Assembly (NCBI GenBank): GCA_951406725.2
Contig: OX597818.1
Coordinates: 136,834,001 to 136,898,000 of the forward strand
Direction of reading: 5' to 3'
DNA length: 64,000 nucleotides
From: Octopus vulgaris
Taxonomy: Eukaryota
In this document: one piece after another, positions 53,239 through 64,000 of the stretch
How positions within the stretch are numbered: position 1 is the first letter of the stretch
Layout of the letters: each line of letters opens with the position of its first letter
Program-made: the position numbers and the translations under genes
Notes under the pieces: generated by a model
The model's database searches: none
Seen by the model: the letters and a program-made list of their open reading frames with translations, nothing else
Told to the model about the DNA's origin: nothing

Positions 53239-54569
53239 TAATTGACTAGTGGGTATCCCTCCTTTCCCGTCACAACAGTAGAGATGATCACACCCGTTGC
53301 TGGATACTTCTGATCATCAAAATATAAAGTAATTGATTCGTTTTCTACATTAATGTGTGGATACATCATCATTGTTTTAACGTCCACTTTCCAAGCTTGC
53401 ATGGGTTGGACAGAATTTGTGGACGTGGATTATCTTCTACAGCCAGATACCTTACCTGTCACCAACCCTCACCTGTTTCCAAGAAAAAATTTTTCACATA
53501 GCCAAACATGTTTCCATGGAAAATTGGAAACAAAGGACACCACTTGCATGGCAGGGACACTTGTTTACAGCTATCATATGATGTCAAAGCAAGGAGACCG
53601 TAAAATACAAACATATTTAAACATGGATCCATATATATACTGAAGGCACATGGCTCAGTGGTTAGATCATCGAGCTCACAATCATGAGGTAGTGAGTTTG
53701 ATTCCTGGACCAGGCTGTGTTGTGTTCTTGAGCAAGACACTTTATTTCACATTGCTCCAGTTCACTCAGACGTAGGAGTGAGTTGCAACATCGCTAGTGC
53801 CAAGCTGTATCGGTATTTGCTTTTCCTTTGGATAACATCGGTGGCATGGAGAGGGGAGCCTTATATGTATTGGTGACTGCCTGTCTACAATAAATAACCT
53901 TGTCCAGACTTGTGCTTCAATGGGTAATTTTCTAGGTGCAATCCTATGATCATTCAAGACAGAAGAGGGTCTTTACACACACACACACATGCAATCAGTT
54001 TCTGTTTACAAAATCCATTCACAAGGCTTAGATTAACCTGGGGCTATAGTAGAAGACACTTGCCCAAGGTACCACACTGTGGGGCTGAACCCAGAACCAT
54101 GCAGTTGAGAAGGAAACTTCTTACCACACAGCCATGCCTGCACTTCATAGTAAACATATATAACACAAAACAGACATGTAGAGATTTTATACCAAAGTTT
54201 CCTTAAACTTTTTAAGCTTTTGCCCTTTATTTTTCTAACATTTTTTTCAATGCCAACCCCTGTTTGCTATGATTCATAGTCCCCATCTACCACTAATTTC
54301 AATGTATGTATACATAATATCAAGTGAGAGTATTCAAGTTCTGAGTACTAGTTTGATGCAGGTGATGACATACCACAGCACCACTCTACTGTAAGCAAAT
54401 ATTCAACATGTCACCTCTTGACCTTAGTTTTTGACCTGACCTTTAAGCATGTGCCTTTGGCCAGACTCAAGCATGCATTCTTTGTGTTTCACACATATGT
54501 TTGTTATTATCATTTATAATCATATCCTGATTTATAGTTGCATTGACACTCCATTTTCTTACTTAATAT

Positions 54570-54625
<56 letters not shown>

Positions 54626-54779
54626 GGTCCCGGGTTGAGTCGGGGTTAACCACAGTAAATAAGGTACTCAATACATAGCAGAGTAAATTAATTTATTTTA
54701 TAGAAGGAGCTTCTACATGACTAGAACTGTTTCATTCAAATGAAATCATCAGAATCATATATATATACATGTATATATA

Positions 54780-54996
54780 CCGGAGTAAACACATAAATGT
54801 GAAACAAGGTGGAAAAAAGAGTACTCAAATACCAGTGGTAGAGTAATATGCTTTATTTTAAGCAGCAGAAAATTCAACAAAATCTGTTACTCTGAGTTTC
54901 TCGTTGCCGTTCATCAGACAGCAAAAACTGTCTGATGAACGGCAACAAAACTCAGAGTAACAGATTTTGTTGAATTTTCTGCTGCTTAAAATAAAG
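54780..54996. mobile_element. Penelope-like pLTR remnant with a 70-bp inverted repeat
   Basis: Arms 54851-54921 and 54928-54996, each with a hammerhead motif; lies inside TA-rich microsatellite. Confidence 0.75.
54884..54921 (-). ncRNA. Minimal type I hammerhead motif
   Basis: CTGT-CTGATGA-ACG-GCAA-CGA-GAAA-CTCAGAG-TA-ACAG. The plus-strand mirror at 54928-54963 has lost the G of GAAA. Confidence 0.65.
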
Positions 54997-55115
54997 TACA
55001 TGTATATATATATATAGTTAATCTAAATATGAAAATACAAAGAGAAAACACAACAACGCGAGGACGTGGAACAAGTATAGTGTTATTGGACGCTCAGGAA
55101 AGGTAAGAAAGGAGG

Positions 55116-55150
55116 ATTTAACGTTTCGAGTGAAGCTCTTCGTCGGAAAC
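55116..55150 (-). ncRNA. Minimal hammerhead motif, U4C core
   Basis: GTTT-CCGACGA-A-GAG-CTTCA-CTC-GAAA-CG-TT-AAAT with palindromic AACGTT stem III. The duplicate at 56448-56482 has a GAGC/GCTC stem II but a CpG-decayed core. Confidence 0.55.
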
Positions 55151-55222
55151 ATAGGAAAAGGAAAGAGCCAAGGAAGGGAAGACGGAGGAAAAAAAAATCG
55201 CCAACGATACACACGTGGTCAC

Positions 55223-55318
<96 letters not shown>

Positions 55319-55848
55319 TGTACTGATATAAACACACACACACTGACAAATATAGCGTACAGCAACACAGACACATATGCAGCAGATACAAAATCATACG
55401 ATGCACATAAACACACACTAACACACATGTAGACATACACACACATACACATGTACAGAGCCATAGAAAGCTTAACTTATTATAGAATCTCTATAAAGTA
55501 AAGAACTGATAATGATGATGATGATGCTGTTTAGCCCTAGTTATCGACAAGTCTGACTGAGTACAATCCAAATCATTACTTCTATGACCATATTGCCCAC
55601 TTAAATAAATGTAGGGCTACATTATCTCATGTGCCCCTTATTTAAAACAACAGGGTCTGGCTGTGTGGTTAGGGAGCTTGCTTCCTAGCTATATGGTTTT
55701 GGGTTCAGACCCACTGCGTGGCATATCCCTTTTAGAGAATTATTATTGCTTTCGAACAGATTTTCGAAATCAGCAAATGTATTTTGCTTGAAAATCTATA
55801 TAAGAAAATCCTGCAGAGTGAGAATTCGTCGAGGAAGCGGAGGCCTAC

Positions 55849-55894
55849 CACACGCCGATGATAGGCAACACACCTTGAAACCATGGTCCGTGTG
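55849..55894 (+). ncRNA. Type I hammerhead motif, U4C core
   Basis: CACACG-CCGATGA-T-AGG-CAACACA-CCT-T-GAAA-CCATGG-TC-CGTGTG. 6-bp stem I is extended by GAAGCGGA/TCCGCTTC; GUC site. Confidence 0.7.
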
Positions 55895-57600
55895 TGGTTT
55901 CCGCTTCATCGGGGAATTACCTCCCTTTGCAGGATAAGGGCACCGTGACGGTGTCGAGCCTTTCTGGTGACGTCGATGTTCGCCTGGGGCTAAATGCAAC
56001 AGTAACACCCCCACCACCCTGCCCTGTCCCTAGCCATATTCAGATGGCTTTAGTCCCTTATGTTATCGAGCAGTTACTGTCTATATCCCTTTTAGAGAAT
56101 TATTATTGCTTTCGAACAGATTTTCGAAATCAGCAAATGTATTTTGCTTGAAAATCTATATAAGAAAATCCTGCAGAGTGAGAATATATATATATTGAAA
56201 CCATGGTTGTGTGGTTTCCGCTTCAATTACCTCCCTTTGCAGGAAAGGGCACCGTGATGAAAATGTTCGCCTGGGGCTAAATGCAACAAAACACCCCCAC
56301 CACCCTGCCCTGTCCCTAGCCAATTCGATGGCTTTAGTCGATATATATATATAGTTAATCTAAATATGAAAATACAAAGAGAAAACACAACAACACGGTG
56401 GAACAAGTATAGTGTTATTGGATGCTCAGGAAAGGAAAGAAAGGAGGATTTAATGTTTCGAGCGGAGCTCTTCGTTGGAAACATAGAAAAAGGAAAGAGC
56501 CAAGGAAGGGAAGACGGAGGAAAAAAGTCGCCAACGATACACACGCGGTCACATATTATATATATATGTGTGTGTGTTTATATCAGTATATATATATATA
56601 CTGATATAAACACACATTCACACACACACTGACAAATATAGCGTACAGCAACACAGACACATATGCAGCAGATACAAAATCATACGATGCACATAAACAC
56701 ACACTAACACACATGTAGACATACACACACTAACACACATGTAGACATACACACACTAACACACATGTAGACATACACACACTAACACACATGTAGACAT
56801 ACACACACATACAAATGTACAGAGACATAGAAAGCTTTACTTATTATAGAATCTCTATAAAGTAAAGAACTGATAATGATGATGATGATGATGTTTAGCC
56901 CTAGGACAAGTCTGACTGAGTACAATCCAAATCATTACTTCTATGACCATACTGCCCACTTAAATAAATGTAGGGCTACATTATCTCATGTGCCCCTTAT
57001 TTAAAACAACAGGGTGTGATTTGAAATAGAATTAGCAACTATTTCTAGCAGATTAACCAGCTACATAGAGGTTCCCTTATTGGCTCATGGCTGAAGCAGT
57101 TATTCCTGGAAGACGGGTAGTAAAACTAAGTCTAAAGAAAGGTAAATAACAACAGAAATAATAACTACTATAGTAATAATAACAATAACAATGATACTTC
57201 ATGAACAAAATGGTAAAACAGCGATATAGGCCATTCTTCATGAATGGCACAAAAAACAAAGAATAGATAAATAAATAAATAAAAGATCTCATTAGCGATA
57301 TATTTTTGCGGATGGAATAGCAATTAAAATCGGTTGCAGACATGCTATAAAGAAGAGTCTAAGACATACATATAGCTTCAAATGCATACATAAATAATAT
57401 TTGTATTAATAACGAGTATCATATTCAAATAACTTTTGTTTTTAAATAACATATAGGTGAAAAGATGTGGCTGCATGGTTAAGAAGCTTGCTGCCCAACG
57501 ATGTGGACTGGGGTTCAATCCTACTGCTGAAAAGAAGCCCACCATGCATATATATATATATATAAATGAAAGAATGGAGTCGAACGACGATTTAACAAAA

Positions 57601-57699
57601 TTCCTTTATTCTCGACATATGTTTCGAAGACTGCATATTCTTAATTCCGAAGGAATAAAGGGTGCATTATGCCATCTTCTCATCAGGAAAGACAAGGAA
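57601..57699 (-). ncRNA. Type I hammerhead motif, canonical core
   Basis: TTCCTTGTCTTTC-CTGATGA-GAAGA-(44 nt)-TCTTC-GAAA-CATATG-TC-GAGAATAAAGGAA. GUC site; element lies inside (TA)n. Confidence 0.8.
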
Positions 57700-57729
57700 C
57701 TTATTTGAACTTCATTCAACTACTTAAAC

Positions 57730-57775
<46 letters not shown>

Positions 57776-57957
57776 GCTAATGTATATATTATATATCATA
57801 CTTCCATACATATATATCATACATGCTTACATATATTATATATCATATATACATACATATATCATACATAAATATATGTATATATATGGGCATATTTATT
57901 TTTAATGGACATCAACCCATACCGGCATGGAACATGGACATCAAATGATGATGATGA

Positions 57958-57994
<37 letters not shown>

Positions 57995-58022
57995 TATATA
58001 CATACATACATATATATATATA

Positions 58023-58388
58023 TCATCATCATCATCGTTTAGCATCCGCTTTCCATGCTAGCATGGGTTGGACGGTTCAACTGGGGTCTGGGGAGCCAGT
58101 AGGCTGCACCAGGCCCAGTCTGATCTGGCAATGTTTCTACCGCTGGATGCCCTTCCTAACGCCAACCACTCCGTGAGTGTAGTGGATGCTTTTTACGTGC
58201 CACCGGCATAGGTGCCAGATGAGGCTGCCAAATGGCCATGATCGGATGGTGCTTTTTACGTGCCACTGGCACGGAGGCCAGGTGAGGCTGGTAACGGCCA
58301 CGATCAGATGGTGCTTTTTACGTGCCACCGGCACTGGTATTACAGCTACAATTTCCATTGATGTTGATCGATTTTGATTTTGATTTTA
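58023..58388 (-). mobile_element. Family D element with three internal subrepeats
   Basis: D consensus, (CAT)n tail, ends GATTTTGATTTTGATTTT. Confidence 0.85.
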
Positions 58389-59153
58389 ACTTAAGGGAGT
58401 AAAATATTAAAGTAACATATGAAAAAATACATAGAAAATATATTGTAAAAATAATAACATAATGATATATATATAAAAAAAGTATATCTATTTTCCCTAA
58501 AAATAACAATAATGTTTTCAGTCTTTAAATTAATGTTTAATAACAATAAGAACAGCAAAAATAATAACTTGTGCAATAAAAAAAAGATAATTAAAATTTT
58601 CTTCACCTTTTCATCTTGTAATTTTGTTTATACAAGAAATATCAGATTGAGAGATGAAAAGGGAGATAACAATAATTAAACAGACGTAGGTGTTTTATTT
58701 ATCAATCTATCTATCTATATATCAGTCAATCATACATGTATACATACATACATACATACATAAACATACATACACACACACATATATCTACACACAGACA
58801 CACACACATATATCTACACAGACACACACATATCTACACACAAACACACACATATCTACAGACAGACACACACACACACATCTATATATATATATATATG
58901 CATACAGACACACACACATCTACACAGAGACACACACACACATATATATATCTACATACAGACACACATATTTAAATACATATATACGTAAATACATATA
59001 CATACATACATATACAGATATTTAAATACTCAAACATAAATACATATACACACATACACAGACACACACATGCAGATATTTAAATACACATATACATAAA
59101 AACACACACACAAGAAAATGAGATGACAAAGGAATAAATGATTATCATATGAA

Positions 59154-59253
59154 CTTCATGAGCTTACGGCTGTTTCTACTATAAGAAGCAGTGGACTCAT
59201 AGCTGAGTATCTGAGTGACACCTTACAGCTTCATCAGAGCATTGAATATGAAG
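59154..59253 (-). ncRNA. Type I hammerhead motif, canonical core, long stem II
   Basis: CTTCAT..GCT-CTGATGA-A-GCTGTAAG-(36 nt)-CTTATAGT-A-GAAA-CAGCCG-TA-AGC..ATGAAG. GUA site. Confidence 0.65.
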
Positions 59254-60479
59254 TGCAGTTTATTTGGGAAATGTATTACCAATGAGAAAGCCAACTCAGA
59301 AGTGTATATCAAGATTTAGATAAATGGCAATTAGCTCTAATATATGTATATACACTCGTGTGTGTATACACATACACACATAAATATATATATACGTACA
59401 CACATAAATATGTATATATATACATTCATAAACAGTTTTACAAATACATATTATGGAGTGGCAGTACTAAGCACTGATGTGTATAAATACCAGCTTGAAG
59501 TGTATTTGAGCCCGTAATAAAGCCATTAATTTCTCACAGTAGACAAATGCTGCTTCTAATTCAACTGATTCAGAAGTAGCAAGAAGTTGTAAAGAATCGA
59601 AATATACAGAGAATTATCTTCAGTGGAATGATGGTAACGTTTTATTTTAAGATCATTCACTACTATTGCCATTTAGTGCAAGGTCAGCCCTGATTCAGTA
59701 AATTTATGATAAAAGACATTCCACACACGACTATCCATTACATTTTATATCTAGGATTATTGTCTATTATTGTCTATCCTTCCTATTTGAGAATAGTCAC
59801 ATTTGGCTGCTATTTCTAGCAGGTCAAGTAACTGGCTCAGGTTCCTGCATTTATCTGCAAAATGGTGAAAACAAGGAACTAATACCAATTTACAGGCTTG
59901 GCTTCCTGTTGGAACACACTGTCTTCATTTGTTTGTTAGTTTTTTTTTTCTTACACCTGTTTCGTTGTGCTTGTGTGGGTTAAATATATCATCACTGAAT
60001 CATTGTTTTTACAGCTTGATGCCCTTCCTATTGCTGACCTGTTTTTAAAAGTAAGGAATGTTTCAAGGTGCAAAACCAGCAAATGATTCACAAGTGGAGG
60101 ATGACATCATTGCTAATAGCTCAGCAATTTACAGAGAAATGAACATGTATACAAACACACACACACATGCATCACACACACACATGTGCATAACAGACAG
60201 AGAGACAGACACACACACACATACAAAATAGCTCTTTCATGTTCTGTCAAGCAAACCCAAAACACAAGGTTTTGGTCAGCCTGGGGCCATTATAGAAGAC
60301 ACTTAGACATGGTTTAGCCCAGTGGGATGGAATTCAAGACCAGATTGTTGGGAAGCAAACTCCTTAACACACACCCATGCTGGTGCCTTCATTTTTAGTT
60401 TGGAAATGAAGAAGAACTTAGTGAAATAACTTTATCCTTATTAACCTGGTATTTGGAACACATATCAACATGAAATCTC

Positions 60480-60837
60480 TCTATATATATAAACAGCAAA
60501 ATGTCTGCGTGTCCTTTATACAAATCCACAATTTTTCAGTTAGAGGGCTCGCACTTTCTATGGTCATTTAAAACCGTCCAAGGGTGGTCGTGCACATCTT
60601 TACACTTCCTCAGTCACCCCGCAAAGCCATTACAAAATCAATAGAAGAGACTTTTTGGTGAAATTTCTATCCAAAACCCAATCAAAATGCCCGAAACTTG
60701 ATACGCCAATTGAATGCCAGCTAGCTGTATGTGATTGGTCGGAGATTTGGACAGTACTCGCGTGTATGTGCGCACGCACACAGCTGTGTATGCATGCACT
60801 AGCACTATGACCCGGCGTTGCTGGGTCATAGTGCTAG
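60480..60837 (+). mobile_element. Non-autonomous Helitron-like element
   Basis: Starts TCTATATATATAAA and ends CTAG before a T, with a terminal hairpin at 60798-60838. Confidence 0.75.
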
Positions 60838-60867
60838 TCTTGTATAAAAATTTTAATTACAATCAGA

Positions 60868-61090
60868 TTAACTCTTTAGCATTCAGATTATTCTGTTAAA
60901 TGCATCTCTTATTTATTCACATTATTTTGAATTAATCACGCATTATCTTGTAGCTTTGAGATTTTGATGGTGTGTTTGTATATTTTTAGAATGACACTGT
61001 AGGATAGGTGAGAGAGGCTGGATATGATTTAACATAAAACAGGTAGAATATTTGGGCCAGATATGGCCGGATTAAATGCTTAAGAGTTAA
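60868..61090. mobile_element. piggyBac-type MITE
   Basis: TTAA-CTCTTTAGCATT...AATGCTTAAGAG-TTAA. Confidence 0.8.
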
Positions 61091-61741
61091 AACAGGAAGT
61101 TTGCATCATAGAACCAGCGGTGGTCTTAAGTAGGCTAGTATCAAAAGGATTATGAAAATTTTGTTGCTATAGTCCATAAAAGGGGTGGATTGTACCAAAA
61201 AACAACAAACCACTGGTTACCATTCATCTCAAAGTATTATATATTAGAGGGTTATATGATTAGATATCTGAAATACCTGCCACAACATTTGAAGAGATTT
61301 AAGGGGTAATAGTAAGGAGTAGTTGGGGTTGTTGTAGTATTAAGTAAAATGAAAGATAAATCTTATTGTTAGAACTTTATGTAGATTTGAATTCAAGATT
61401 TCAGCAGGTAAAGTAGAAGCATTTTACATTTGTTCCACCACAGCCAATTTGTGCGAATGTATATGCGTGTGTGTGCATTTGGGTCTGTGTGTGTGTATAT
61501 GTGTATCTGTCTGTGTGTATGCATATATTGATGTATTTGCATGCAAATATGCATCTGTATATATATTTATACCTGTCTGTGCTTTTGTGTATATATCTGT
61601 ATATCTAAGTGCATGTATGTATCTGTGCATGTGTGTGCATTTGTGTACATACTTGGATGCTTGTATGTTTGTATATCTGTGAGATTTCTGCATGTGTGAG
61701 TGTATATGTGTAGTCTGTGCAAATGCATGTATGTAATGTGC

Positions 61742-61788
<47 letters not shown>

Positions 61789-62246
61789 GGAGGCCAAAAG
61801 TGTATATATGCTGCTATATGTATATATAAAAAAATGAAACTAAAAAATGAAACAAGAACATAACAGGCGATCCACCCATGCATGTATGTGCTTATGTGTA
61901 TGTATCTGCACATCTGTGTGCATGTGTGTGTATATGTGTACACATCTGGATGCTTGTGTGTTTCCATATCTGCACAATTTTCATGCATGTGTGTGTATGT
62001 ATGTGTATGCATGTGTGCATATGGGTCTGTGTGTGTGTGTGTATATGTGTATCTGTCTGAATACATGCATGTATGTGATGTGCTTGCATGCAAGTGTGCA
62101 TCTATCTATCTATCTATATATATACATATATATATATTTGTGCATATATGTGCTTACGTATATATATATATCTCTGTGCATATATGTGATTATGTATATA
62201 TATATATATATATATCTGTACATATCTGTGCATGTATGTGCTTATG

Positions 62247-62305
<59 letters not shown>

Positions 62306-62334
62306 GTACATATCTATGCATGTATGTGCTTATG

Positions 62335-62379
<45 letters not shown>

Positions 62380-62419
62380 GCTTATATATATATAATATAT
62401 ATGTATGTATGTATATATG

Positions 62420-62452
<33 letters not shown>

Positions 62453-62955
62453 CTGTACATATCTATGCATGTATGTACTTATGTATATAAATATATATAT
62501 ATATATCTGTACATATCTGTGCATGTATGTGCATGTGAGTACACATCTGGACGCTTGTGTGTTTGCATATCTGCACAATTTCTCTGTGTATGTGTGTCTG
62601 TGTGTGTTTGTGCACACATCACACATCCATGTGTGTGTACTTGTCTCAGTTACTTGCGTTTGTGAGTACATGTGTATGTATGCTAGCATCCACAAATAGC
62701 TAGCTTCCTTTGCTGTAGTGTGAGTCATCCTCACTTGTTGAATGTGCAGTAAAAAAAAACCTATTTCACTTCAATTGTTGTTCAGTGATCTTCTCATTCC
62801 TTTCTCTTTCTCTCATCCTCCTCCTCCTCCTCCTCAGTAATATTTTATGCCTTATTGTATATACATGAATAAACACACACACACATTACATATATACACA
62901 TTATGCATATACGTCACGTATACATCTCGCCCTTTGTAAGTTTGAATGACTGTAT

Positions 62956-63020
62956 TACATATACATACATACATATACATATACATACATATATATATAT
63001 ACATATATATATATACATAA

Positions 63021-63066
<46 letters not shown>

Positions 63067-63376
63067 ATACATACATATATATACACATATATACATATAT
63101 ACATACATACATATATATATATATATACATACATACATATATACATACATACATACATATATATATATACATACATACATATATACATACATACATATAT
63201 ATATATACATACATATATACATACATATATACATACATACATATATATATACATATATATACACACATACATATATATATACATACATACATATATATAT
63301 ACATACATACATATATATATATACATACATACATACATATATATATATATACATACATACATACATATATATATAT

Positions 63377-63406
<30 letters not shown>
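62956..63406. repeat. (AT)n/(ACAT)n compound microsatellite
   Basis: Source of the Tyr-Ile-His and Met-Tyr-Val ORFs. Confidence 0.95.
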
Positions 63407-63407
<1 letters not shown>

Positions 63408-63514
63408 ATTTAAGTAATAGAGAAAAATGCAGAAACTGATGTATAGATATCAATTTATTTGAACATACTTAATTCTATACAATATCAAATTCCTTTTATA
63501 TATTCTTTTATTCG

Positions 63515-63717
63515 TTCACTTGCTTCCATCATTTGACTGTGGCCATGTTGGAGCACCACCTTAAAGGCTTTTGTAGTCCAAGAAATCGACCCTGGGACTT
63601 ATTCTTTGTTAGCCAAGTACTTATTCTATCAGACTCTTTTTACAGAGACGTAAACACACCAACATCGGTTGTCAAGTGATGATGGGGGGACAAACATAGA
63701 CACACATAAATAAATAT

Positions 63718-63766
<49 letters not shown>

Positions 63767-63935
63767 CACAACGGTTTTCTTTCAGTTTCCGTCTATCAAA
63801 TCCACTCACAAGGTTTTGGTCGGCTTGAGGCTATAGAAGAAGACACTTGCTCCCCAAGGTGCCATGTAGAGGGACTGAACCTGGAATCATGTGGCTGGAA
63901 AGCAAGCTTCTTACCACACAGCCATGCCTGTGCCT
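63515..63935 (-). mobile_element. Older SINE family A copy
   Basis: Diverged A consensus. Confidence 0.8.
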
Positions 63936-64000
63936 ACATATATATATATATATATATCCGTGATCACCGTGACCGACCAGGCTATCAAATGTTGCTACAC

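Larger units (their letters stand above)
55016..57015. repeat. Local duplications: 55016-55655 = 56353-57015 and 55723-56055 = 56082-56339 (with deletions)
   Basis: Direct sequence identity; the second large copy has a 28-bp unit expanded to four copies at 56700-56810. Confidence 0.85.

Overview
Eukaryotic, AT-rich, microsatellite-saturated genomic DNA, most likely intronic or intergenic sequence from an octopus. The species call is an inference from the recurring tRNA-headed SINE families and RTE tails. I find no supportable intact host protein-coding exon: almost all listed ORFs are translations of microsatellites or SINEs. The window is a nested mosaic of tRNA-derived SINEs (my labels A, B, C, E, F), 5'-truncated RTE LINE 3' ends (family D), two decayed Gypsy LTR-retrotransposon halves, a fold-back mariner derivative, TTAA piggyBac-type MITEs, two non-autonomous Helitrons and a piggyBac transposase remnant. 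The main hidden signal is RNA structure. Read by eye, there are about 11 type I hammerhead-ribozyme motifs (plus 2 weak ones) from several unrelated short elements, each with a palindromic or near-palindromic stem III, which is the form known from Penelope-like retroelements. Several carry non-canonical cores (a G3-C8 swap, and U4C in three separate elements). Three elements have a perfect or near-perfect inverted-repeat architecture, and one hammerhead sits downstream of a tRNA-like Pol III head, making it a candidate ribozyme-carrying SINE. None of these folds or activities has been computed or tested.
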